Both the position numbers and the translations under genes were made by a program. The notes beneath the pieces are model-generated. The model saw only the letters and a list, made by a program, of their open reading frames with translations. It made no database searches and was not told the origin of the DNA. Shown here piece after piece: positions 1 to 7,812 of a stretch of 20,000 nucleotides of DNA; positions within the stretch are counted from its first letter, which is position 1, and the number at the start of each line of letters is the position of its first letter. This stretch comes from an uncultured virus (IMG/VR IMGVR_UViG_3300025158_000017) (taxonomy: Duplodnaviria; Heunggongvirae; Uroviricota; Caudoviricetes). The stretch lies in IMG/VR virus record IMGVR_UViG_3300025158_000017; one strand, 5' to 3'.

Positions 1-1
1 A

Positions 2-436
2 TTAGAATTTGCAAAATCTGTTATGAAAGATATTGCAGAAGTTCGTATTCCACAAGCAACTGATGGCATGGATGGAAAATTCAATCTAGGTGATGGAAGA
101 GAACTTCAAGTAAAAGAAGAAATTAGATCAAGCATTGCTGGTGATAAACGTATTCCAGCTATAAACTGGCTTGATGAACATGATTATGGTCATATTGTCA
201 AGCGAGAAGTAATTATTGAGTTTGGTAAAGGTGAAACAGAAAGAACAGAAGCCTTTCTAAAAGCGTTGAAATCTATTGAAAAAGAACTCGGAACATTGGT
301 TGTGAAAACAAATTTCACTGTGCATCATGCAACTCTCAACTCTTGGGTTAAAGAACAACTTAGTGAAGGAGTTAATCTTCCAGTTGATATTTTCGGAATT
401 TTCCGCCAAAGAACAGCGAAAGTCAAAGAATTGTAA
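2..436 (+). CDS. Phage hypothetical protein, probably 5'-truncated; precedes the SSB-like gene
   Basis: The frame is open from base 2 (LEFAKSVMKD...), so the ATG at 23 may be internal. The pattern 'F.L.DG..L.VKE.I..SI....AI.WL.EH..G.IVK..V...F' resembles conserved hypotheticals found beside phage SSB genes (recognised from memory). Confidence 0.7.
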   Translation, partial: LEFAKSVMKDIAEVRIPQATDGMDGKFNLGDGRELQVKEEIRSSIAGDKRIPAINWLDEHDYGHIVKREVIIEFGKGETERTEAFLKALKSIEKELGTLVVKTNFTVHHATLNSWVKEQLSEGVNLPVDIFGIFRQRTAKVKEL

Positions 437-511
437 TCCTGCTCAACTAGGATAGTGTTGAGGCTGACCGCTGGTCATGTAACAAGAACCGATAGCCTAT
501 AGGAGCCCAAA

Positions 512-1375
512 ATGGCTGGCAAAACAGAAGTAGCAGAAGTGAAAAACGCACAAGTTGCATCATATGATTATGGTGAACACGCGCACGAAGGATTCGAAGG
601 AACAACAATTGCTGATCTTTCAATTCCTTTTATCAAGATCATGCAATCAAATTCTCCAGAAGTTGAGGACGAGCTAGTTCCAGGAATTAAAGCTGGTGAT
701 TTGGTTAACTCAGTTTCAAAAGAAATTATCAAACAACCTGTCATTGTTCAACCAGTTTTCAAAGAATCTGCTGTTGTTGAATGGATTCCTCGGAATAAAG
801 GTGGTGGGATTGCTTCACGTCATGAAATTGATAGTGAAATCTATCTTGAAGCTATCAAGAAAAATAATGGATCTCGTATTCCACCTAAAGATGCAGACGG
901 TAAACGAATTCCATTCAAATCTCCAGAAAATAATGATCTCGTTGAAACATACTATGTATATTGTCTGATTCTTGATCAAACTGGAGAAAGTGTTGAAGGT
1001 TTTTGTGTGTTGAGCTTCGCATCAACAAACATTAAAGTCTACAAAGATTGGTTGACATCGATGTATTCCATCAAAGGTGCTCCTCCAATTTATGCAAACA
1101 GATGCAAAGTTTCTACAGCAAAGCAGAAAAATGCTGATGGAACCTTTTTCACTTTTGCAATCAATCCACTCGCAGACAATTATAGAGAGTCTCTTATTAA
1201 CCCCGGAACCGATGAAGGTAAAGCACTTCTCGAAGAAGGTCGTGAATTTGGGAAAATGATTGATAATGGTTTGGCTCGGGCTGATCATGATAGTATGAAA
1301 GGTGATACTGTTGATGTAAATGCACCGAGTGGCACAAAAGATGCGAGCTCTGATGACGAAGAGATGCCGTTCTAA
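512..1375 (+). CDS. Putative single-stranded DNA-binding protein
   Basis: AGGAG RBS at 501-505. The acidic C-terminal tail ends DDEEMPF, like the SSB tail DDDIPF. N-terminal 'GFEG....DLSIPFIKIMQSNSPEV' is typical of this phage family. It lies in the replication module and is followed by a terminator. Confidence 0.65.
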   Translation: MAGKTEVAEVKNAQVASYDYGEHAHEGFEGTTIADLSIPFIKIMQSNSPEVEDELVPGIKAGDLVNSVSKEIIKQPVIVQPVFKESAVVEWIPRNKGGGIASRHEIDSEIYLEAIKKNNGSRIPPKDADGKRIPFKSPENNDLVETYYVYCLILDQTGESVEGFCVLSFASTNIKVYKDWLTSMYSIKGAPPIYANRCKVSTAKQKNADGTFFTFAINPLADNYRESLINPGTDEGKALLEEGREFGKMIDNGLARADHDSMKGDTVDVNAPSGTKDASSDDEEMPF

Positions 1376-1388
1376 GTTATGAATGGTT

Positions 1389-1431
1389 GTGGGCATAGTG
1401 GATGAGGACTCTGCTATGCCTACTCTTTTTT
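1389..1431 (+). terminator. Rho-independent terminator
   Basis: 14-bp stem GTGGGCATAGTGGA / TCTGCTATGCCTAC (with G-U pairs), 7-nt loop, then TCTTTTTT. Confidence 0.8.
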
Positions 1432-1445
1432 ATCAGGAGAAAATC

Positions 1446-2696
1446 ATGAAATTTTCACCACAGCAAAACGCTGCCTTGAAAGCTGTTCACGAATGGTATA
1501 ATAAGAGTGATAAACAAGTTTTCCGTTTCTTTGGGTATGCAGGAACTGGAAAAACTACATTAGCAAAACACATCGCCGAAGGAATTGGTGGAAATGTTTT
1601 GTTCGCAGCATATACTGGAAAAGCTGCTCATGTTTTACAGACAAAAGGCTGCGGTCAAGCATCAACAATTCATTCCTTGATATATATCAGTCGTGATAAA
1701 TCTAAACAACATCTAGAAAATCTACAAAAACAACTCAATGAATTATTGATATCTCTTAAAGATATGACGCAAGAGTTTATTAATGATCACCCAAAGGTAA
1801 GGGCTCTGCAAAGAGATATTGAAACAGAAGCTAAAAATGCGAATCAACCAATGTTCATTCTCAACACAGAGAGTGAAGTTAAAAATGCAGACATGATTGT
1901 TATTGATGAATGTTCTATGGTTGATTCTGTTATGGGTCTAGATCTATTGTCTTTTGGAACACCAATTCTTGTTCTTGGTGATCCTGCTCAATTACCTCCA
2001 GTTGGTGCTGCTGGCTTCTTTACTGAGAATGTAAAACCAGACATAATGTTAGACGAAATTCATAGACAAGCAAAAGAAAGTCCTGTCATAAGAATGGCGA
2101 CAGATGTTCGTGAAGGTAAAACTTTACAACTTGGTGATTGGGGAAATGATTGTCATGTTATGCCGTTCGGAACAAAGCTAGATCAGAAAAGAGTTTTATC
2201 GTTTGATCAACTTCTAGTTGGTAAAAACAAAACTCGTCATGCTATGAATTCAAGAGTTCGTAAGTTTCTTGGGCATGAAGGCGAATACCCAATAATCTCA
2301 GACCGTTTAGTTTGCCTTAGAAATAATTCTGAGCTAGGCTTACTGAATGGTGCTCTTTTCGACGTCACTGGAATGACTGGTGTGATGGACGGAAAAGTTC
2401 ACATGACTGTTCGTTCAGCAGATGATCCAATGAAGAGTGATGTAGAAGTAGCAGCTTTAGAACATCATTTTCTTGGTAGAGGAAAAGAGTTAGATACTCA
2501 ATATTGGCTTCGTTCTGAAGGTCAAGAATTTGATTATGGTTATGCTCTAACAGTTCATAAATCTCAAGGTTCACAATGGGATTCTGTTGCTGTTTTTGAT
2601 GAAAGTTGGGGACCAAGAAAAGAAAGACAACGCTGGCTCTATACAGCAATAACCCGAGCGGCTGAAAAAGTTACAGTCGTTGATATGCATAGCTAA
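1446..2696 (+). CDS. RecD/Dda-like SF1B DNA helicase
   Basis: Walker A GYAGTGKT, AAYTGKAA, STIHSLIY, Walker B IDECSM, GDPAQLPPV, HKSQGSQW, YTAITRA. Start moved from 1383 to ATG 1446 because AGGAG lies at 1435-1439 and the upstream extension is the terminator. Confidence 0.92.
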   Translation: MKFSPQQNAALKAVHEWYNKSDKQVFRFFGYAGTGKTTLAKHIAEGIGGNVLFAAYTGKAAHVLQTKGCGQASTIHSLIYISRDKSKQHLENLQKQLNELLISLKDMTQEFINDHPKVRALQRDIETEAKNANQPMFILNTESEVKNADMIVIDECSMVDSVMGLDLLSFGTPILVLGDPAQLPPVGAAGFFTENVKPDIMLDEIHRQAKESPVIRMATDVREGKTLQLGDWGNDCHVMPFGTKLDQKRVLSFDQLLVGKNKTRHAMNSRVRKFLGHEGEYPIISDRLVCLRNNSELGLLNGALFDVTGMTGVMDGKVHMTVRSADDPMKSDVEVAALEHHFLGRGKELDTQYWLRSEGQEFDYGYALTVHKSQGSQWDSVAVFDESWGPRKERQRWLYTAITRAAEKVTVVDMHS

Positions 2697-2708
2697 AGGA
2701 AAAATCCA

Positions 2709-4550
2709 ATGGAGTCAAGACGAATGTATGGTCCACAAAATCCCGATTGTGATCTAGTTCATGCAGAAAAATACCGTGGAGAAAACGAAAGTTTCCGTGA
2801 AGCTGCTAATCGGTGGTCTGGTTTTTTGCAAGACGGTCACGAACACTATATGGCATTTCGCGAAATCAGTATTGATCAACGCTTTATGCCTCCGGGTCGA
2901 GTTCAAGCAGGGGCAGGTTCTCTTAAAAATGTAACTCTCTATAATTGTTTCGTAATGGCAACAATTCATGATAGTTTCACTGATGGACCAACTCAAGCAG
3001 AACTAGACATTCTAAAACCTGGAATGCATGATCCACTTTCTATTATGGATACTGCTAAGAATGCTGCTATCACAATGCGACAGGGCGGTGGTGTAGGGTA
3101 TGACATTAGCACATTACGTCCTTCTGGAGATCTTATCAGAGGCGTTCAGAGCACCACAGACGGTCCTCTTGCATTTGCACCTATATATGATGCCATATGC
3201 AAAGCAACTTCCTCTGCTGGCAACAGACGCGGCGCACAAATGCTAGTGATGAGAATTGATCATCCTGATATTGAAGCATTCATTCGTGCAAAGCAAGTTT
3301 CAGATGACTCAGTTCCATGGGAGTTTCGTCCACTTCGTGGTTTCAATATGTCAGTTGCTGTTACAGACAAATTCATGGAATGTCTCGCAAGTAATAAACC
3401 TTTTCCACTGCAATTTGGTGGTAGAGTTTATCGCGAAGTAGATCCACATGCTTTGTGGGACATGATTATGCGAGGAACATATGATTGGGCAGAACCTGGA
3501 GTTCTTTTTATCGATCAAATCAATCGCATGAATAATCTCTATTATTGTGAAACTATTGCAGCAACAAATCCATGTGGTGAACAACCTCTGCCTCCGTATG
3601 GTGCATGTCTCTTGGGTAGTTTCAATTGGGTAAAATATCTTCGTAAAGATGCTGAAGGAAAGTTCTGGTTTGACTTTGATCAAATGGAAATAGATATTCC
3701 ACATGTTGTTCGAGCAATGGACAATGTAGTTGATCGGAGCCGTTATCCACTACCGCAACAACGCATTGAAGCCCAAAGGAAACGACGTATGGGCCTCGGT
3801 CATACTGGTGTTGCAAATGCTCTAGAAGCTATGGGTTTTCCATATGGATCTCCAGAATTTCTTGATAAGCAAGATCAAATTATGTCTTTCATCACAAATA
3901 AGTGTTATCGGGCATCTGCGATTCTTGCTGGTGAAAAAGGTTCTTTCCCACTATATGACGAAGATCGCTATATGGCTGGTGAATTTGTTAGTGGTTTGTG
4001 GGAAGAAACAAAAGACTTGATTCGTAAGTTTGGAATGAGAAACTCTCATCTTACAAGTATCGCTCCAACAGGAACAATCTCATTCACTGCTGATAACGTA
4101 TCATCAGGTATTGAACCAGTTCTCGATTATGAGCAGTCACGTCGTGTTATTATTCCAGGTGGTCATCGTATAATCACAGTTGCTGATTATGGTGTTGCTC
4201 ATCTTGGTGTTAAAGGCAAGACAGTAGTCTCTGGACTAATTACTCCAGCAGAACATATTGGAGTTCTCTGCACAGCTCAAATGAGTATTGATGCTGCCTG
4301 TTCAAAAACAGTGAATATTCCCACAAATACTAGCTTCAAAGATTTCAAAGACATCTACACGATGGCTTATAACAATGGAGCAAAAGGCTGCACCACATAT
4401 CGTCCAGCAGGAAAATATGATGAGCCTATTCAATCTTCAAAGAAAGAAGTTATTGCTGAACGTGATGCTTTGATATCTTTAGAATACGGAGAAGCATGTG
4501 GTTTTAATCCAGAAACAGGTCAAAGAACAGGTGCTTGTGCAGAAGACTAA
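2709..4550 (+). CDS. nrdJ: Class II (adenosylcobalamin-dependent) ribonucleotide reductase
   Basis: FMPPGRV, TLYNCFV, GGGVGYD.S.LRP, RRGAQM, AEPGVLFID..N, TNPCGEQPL...GACLLGS.N, SIAPTGTIS, SSGIEP, KGCTTYR and a C-terminal Cys pair. No adjacent nrdB beta subunit. AAGGA RBS upstream. Confidence 0.9.
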   Translation: MESRRMYGPQNPDCDLVHAEKYRGENESFREAANRWSGFLQDGHEHYMAFREISIDQRFMPPGRVQAGAGSLKNVTLYNCFVMATIHDSFTDGPTQAELDILKPGMHDPLSIMDTAKNAAITMRQGGGVGYDISTLRPSGDLIRGVQSTTDGPLAFAPIYDAICKATSSAGNRRGAQMLVMRIDHPDIEAFIRAKQVSDDSVPWEFRPLRGFNMSVAVTDKFMECLASNKPFPLQFGGRVYREVDPHALWDMIMRGTYDWAEPGVLFIDQINRMNNLYYCETIAATNPCGEQPLPPYGACLLGSFNWVKYLRKDAEGKFWFDFDQMEIDIPHVVRAMDNVVDRSRYPLPQQRIEAQRKRRMGLGHTGVANALEAMGFPYGSPEFLDKQDQIMSFITNKCYRASAILAGEKGSFPLYDEDRYMAGEFVSGLWEETKDLIRKFGMRNSHLTSIAPTGTISFTADNVSSGIEPVLDYEQSRRVIIPGGHRIITVADYGVAHLGVKGKTVVSGLITPAEHIGVLCTAQMSIDAACSKTVNIPTNTSFKDFKDIYTMAYNNGAKGCTTYRPAGKYDEPIQSSKKEVIAERDALISLEYGEACGFNPETGQRTGACAED

Positions 4551-4577
4551 TTATTTCTGATTTTTGATAAATAACAC

Positions 4578-4606
4578 TTGTGGTCAGAAGTTCGATACAG
4601 TAATGT
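4578..4606 (+). promoter_or_regulatory. Putative sigma70-type promoter (TTGTGG-N17-TAATGT) within a 12-bp inverted repeat
   Basis: -35 TTGTGG at 4578-4583, 17-nt spacer, -10 TAATGT at 4601-4606. The same architecture recurs at 14439. Confidence 0.55.
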
Positions 4607-4659
4607 TCTAATACTGGCCACAAGTAGTGAGCCACTATATCTCAGAAATGGAGTCACAG

Positions 4660-5379
4660 ATGACCGATAAAATTACTTTCCTTGACAAAGCCTATGACCG
4701 TGCAACTCTCGAAAGCATGGATGATGAGGCTCTGCTCAAACTTCGCAATCTCGTTGCAGCAAATCTTGGTGTTGCAACTGTGAAAGCATTCAAAGATCAT
4801 ACGACTGCTGTCGAGCAAACTTTGAAAGCATTGCAGAAATATGAAGCTGAAGCAGATGGTAAAGCTCCAGCCAAGAAAGCTCCGAAAGAGCCAAAAGAGC
4901 CGAAAGATCGTAGACTGACAAAACCTGCTGAAGCACAGCATATCAAGCGTCCGACGAAGAAAATGTTTTCCATTGTGAAAATTGTCAAACCATTTGATGG
5001 TGAAGAAGACCGTGCTCATCGTTCTGGTAATTACAAAGATGGTATGCTTATCATCAATGCAATTGAAGGTGAAGGCACTCTTCCTTGGGACATCTACAAT
5101 TGGGAAAAAGCTGGTTACATGTCTGTAACTGAGCCTACCGATGAAGAATATGCTGAGCGTCGGGCCGCTTGGTATAAGGCAAGTGGTCGAGAAGACCCTG
5201 ATCTTTCCAAGATGCAAGCCATTGCTAAACGTGCTGCTGAGAAAGAAGCAAAAGCTGCTGAACGTGAAGCCAAAAAAGCAGAACGTGAAGCTGAGAAAGC
5301 TGCCAAAGCCGAAGCTGCTGCAAAAGCAAAAGCTGAAAAAGAAGCAGCGAAAGCTGCAAAGGCTCAGGCTGCAGAATGA
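4660..5379 (+). CDS. Protein with a Lys/Ala/Glu-rich repetitive C-terminus; putative DNA-binding protein
   Basis: GGAG RBS at 4650-4653 supports ATG 4660 over GTG 4627. KAPAKKAPKEPKEPKD linker (9-bp tandem x3 at 4882-4908) and an AAEKEAKAAEREAKKAE... tail. The function is inferred from composition only. Confidence 0.6.
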   Translation: MTDKITFLDKAYDRATLESMDDEALLKLRNLVAANLGVATVKAFKDHTTAVEQTLKALQKYEAEADGKAPAKKAPKEPKEPKDRRLTKPAEAQHIKRPTKKMFSIVKIVKPFDGEEDRAHRSGNYKDGMLIINAIEGEGTLPWDIYNWEKAGYMSVTEPTDEEYAERRAAWYKASGREDPDLSKMQAIAKRAAEKEAKAAEREAKKAEREAEKAAKAEAAAKAKAEKEAAKAAKAQAAE

Positions 5380-6284
5380 TGTCTCTTGATCATGCAGCAT
5401 CGTTCTTTGATTATCTCAATGAACGTGAAAGCGTCCGCCTTCGAAAGGAGGCAGGCGATTTCTTTCCATGGACTGAAGACAAGATTCTTCAGACATATAA
5501 ATTCACCAATGTTCGACGTCAGCATGACAAAACGAGCATGATGCTAAGGGAGCTATTCTACAAAGAACACTTTAATGATAATCGTGAAGCAATTCTATTG
5601 AATTGTGCTACATTCAGATATTTCGGAACATATGAGTTTGCAACAGAAATAGGTTGGACTGATTGGGAAGACTTTACTGATGTTCATTGGGAAAATGTTA
5701 AAGAAACGGCTGCTGACAGACTCTCGAATAGAGAAAGAGTATTTACAGGAGCCTATGTTATCACGAACCAAGGTATATCTGCTCCGAAACAAGAAGTGGT
5801 GGTCGATTACTTCCTCAAGAGTCTACAGACAAATATTTCCGAAATCATAGCATGTGCTGGTAGCTCTGATTCATGGGAAAAAACTGCAAAAATCATGATG
5901 ACAATAAATGGTTTTGGTGGATCAGGATTCATGACCAAAGAAATTCTCATTGATACAACCTACACTGGTTTCTGGGGTAGATATCATGAAGAGCCTAATG
6001 AGTTGCCTCTAACTTTCCCTCGTGATTGGGATACATGGACACCTATTGGTCCTGGAGCATTGCGTGGAGCAGCGCGTGTTTCCGGAAACTATGCTGGAAA
6101 ACCGTTCAAAAATGAACAAGCAATGGAAGTGATAATGCAATTGCATCATCTGCAAGATTCATTCTTTGAACACAATTTCAAACTATCTCCGACTGATATT
6201 CAATTCGGTCTGTGTGAGTTTGATAAATATGAGCGTGTTCGTCTTGGGCAAGGTAGACCTAGGAGTAGATATCATGCTTCCTAA
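5376..6284 (+). CDS. 5-hydroxymethyluracil DNA kinase-like protein (aGPT-Pplase1 / 5-HMUDK helical family)
   Basis: Signature 'ERESVRLRKEAG..FPWTEDKILQTYKFTNVRRQHDK', 'FRYFG', 'VFTGAYVI', HhH-like 'GFGGSGFMTKEILID', 'GPGALRG' and 'DIQFGLCEFDKYER'. It sits in a cluster with a dUMP hydroxymethylase-type gene. Confidence 0.8.
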   Translation: MMSLDHAASFFDYLNERESVRLRKEAGDFFPWTEDKILQTYKFTNVRRQHDKTSMMLRELFYKEHFNDNREAILLNCATFRYFGTYEFATEIGWTDWEDFTDVHWENVKETAADRLSNRERVFTGAYVITNQGISAPKQEVVVDYFLKSLQTNISEIIACAGSSDSWEKTAKIMMTINGFGGSGFMTKEILIDTTYTGFWGRYHEEPNELPLTFPRDWDTWTPIGPGALRGAARVSGNYAGKPFKNEQAMEVIMQLHHLQDSFFEHNFKLSPTDIQFGLCEFDKYERVRLGQGRPRSRYHAS

Positions 6285-6471
6285 CTATGCTCTATTTCTT
6301 ATTTGGTGGTTTCTTTGTTATTGGTTACTTTTAACATGGTATGATAATGAAATTAAAAAAGGAAGAAAACCTAAGATGAATCCGCTCGTTGCAATCATCT
6401 TATTTATAATGTCTGGTTTCACTCCTTTCATAGCAATCTTTCTCTTGTTTACAAAAAGGACAAAAAGTTAG
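6274..6471 (+). CDS. Small membrane protein (65 aa, two hydrophobic segments)
   Basis: AGGAG at 6261-6265 supports ATG 6274. YALFLIWWFLCYWLLLTWY and LVAIILFIMSGFTPFIAIFLLF are separated by a basic loop (KKGRKPK). Confidence 0.7.
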   Translation: MLPNYALFLIWWFLCYWLLLTWYDNEIKKGRKPKMNPLVAIILFIMSGFTPFIAIFLLFTKRTKS

Positions 6472-6501
6472 TTGTCTTTTTAATTGTCCTAGCTTTATGC
6501 T
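6472..6501 (+). promoter_or_regulatory. Putative sigma70-type promoter for the glycosyltransferase-TS-HD-DUF3310 unit
   Basis: TTGTCT (6472-6477), 18-nt spacer, TATGCT (6496-6501) in an AT-rich intergenic gap. GGGAG RBS precedes ATG 6529. Confidence 0.4.
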
Positions 6502-6528
6502 TACTTAATACATAACCGGGAGATTTCC

Positions 6529-7812
6529 ATGAAAATATGCATCGCCTTCCATGCTTGCATGGACCTTGGAGGCATTATCAATCATACAGAACAATTAATT
6601 GGTGGCCTTGTTGATTTGGGTCATAGCGTCACTTTATTTGAAATGGTCTATGCTGATAATGCTGGAAGTCAAAATAAAATAGGTGACTTTGAACGTGGTC
6701 CAAGTGGGATTCCTTTTGATCAAGGAAAAGGTTGGAATTTCCCAAACAGAAACAGAATTGCCTATAAGACATTTGCTGGTGTGAATAGTGCAAAACAAAT
6801 TCTAAATGAATTTGATATAGTGATCTGGACAGTTCCAGTTGTTCCTAAAAATCAGCAACATCTTGGAAATGATAAATGGCCTGAGCTCTATGCTCTCGAA
6901 CCAAGAGTAAAACAGATCGCTTTTATTCATGATGGTAACTGTCCACAAGGTTATCCACATATTTATCACATTGCAGAGCATTTGACTGGTCTAGCTTGTG
7001 TTCATTCTGCTGCAATGAATGGAGCTTCTAAAGTGCCAGTTCCTCGCGCAATGATACTAAATCCACAATATCAACCGATTAGAGAAATTACTGCTTGGTA
7101 TGATAAGCATGAAGGTTTTGTATCTATGCAAACTTTCAAAGCATGGAAACGTGTTCATGAATTGATTGAAGCTATCTCTTATATGCCACCTCTTCAACGT
7201 GGTGAATTAAGAGAAATAGCTGGCAAAGGAATTGAATATCAGTATATGACTTCTGAGAATAAATGCAAAGAAGCATATTATCATGATAATCCAGAAAAAC
7301 CATTTCATACAAGACGTATCTGGGATTCTGCTATTGAAAATGGCATGATTCATCATGAATATTGGAACACGAATGAAGTAGAAGAATGGCTATCAATGGC
7401 TCGTGTCCTTGTTGATCCATCTTGGTCAAAGAAATATGGCAAACTTGGTGGACATTGGAATCGTGTGATTGTTGATGCCATGATTCATTGTGTAATTCCA
7501 GTAGCTCATAAGAAGCATATGGGTGAAGAACTTTTCCAAGCTGGAAAACACTATGTTGACTTAGATCCTGCAAGAGATGCACAAGATTATGCAGACATTA
7601 TTCTTGAAGCAGGTAGTGATAATCTAATTCATGCTCAACATTATCGTGACTATGCACGTGAAGTTCTTCCAATGTTTGATCGTAAATCTGTAGCACAAAG
7701 ATTGATCGATCTTGCATATGGAAACATTGAAACAGTCGTTGGTGAAATAGATCCAAAGACACATGAGAAATATGAAGAAATTATGTTCAGACATTTTGGA
7801 GTTTTGGTATGA
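6529..7812 (+). CDS. GT-B fold glycosyltransferase, putatively DNA/base-modifying
   Basis: N-terminal 'MKICI.......GGIINHTEQLIGGLVDLGHSVTLF', 'FIHD', 'WKRVHELIEAI' and C-terminal 'ARVLVDPS...RVIVDAM....PV' match the GT4-like pattern. Coupled by ATGA to the TS homolog. Confidence 0.75.
   Translation: MKICIAFHACMDLGGIINHTEQLIGGLVDLGHSVTLFEMVYADNAGSQNKIGDFERGPSGIPFDQGKGWNFPNRNRIAYKTFAGVNSAKQILNEFDIVIWTVPVVPKNQQHLGNDKWPELYALEPRVKQIAFIHDGNCPQGYPHIYHIAEHLTGLACVHSAAMNGASKVPVPRAMILNPQYQPIREITAWYDKHEGFVSMQTFKAWKRVHELIEAISYMPPLQRGELREIAGKGIEYQYMTSENKCKEAYYHDNPEKPFHTRRIWDSAIENGMIHHEYWNTNEVEEWLSMARVLVDPSWSKKYGKLGGHWNRVIVDAMIHCVIPVAHKKHMGEELFQAGKHYVDLDPARDAQDYADIILEAGSDNLIHAQHYRDYAREVLPMFDRKSVAQRLIDLAYGNIETVVGEIDPKTHEKYEEIMFRHFGVLV

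Noticed and set aside
1383..1445. N-terminal extension of the helicase ORF
   Set aside because: It coincides with the terminator hairpin, and a clear AGGAG precedes ATG 1446.
4654..5400. 248-aa minus-strand ORF, plus 4797-4988 and 5115-5306
   Set aside because: It mirrors the A/K/E-rich plus-strand gene. The Phe/Ser/Cys-rich translation is the expected antisense shadow of biased codons.
6166..6273. Longer 101-aa version of the membrane ORF
   Set aside because: It overlaps the conserved C-terminus of the kinase-like gene, and the RBS supports ATG 6274.
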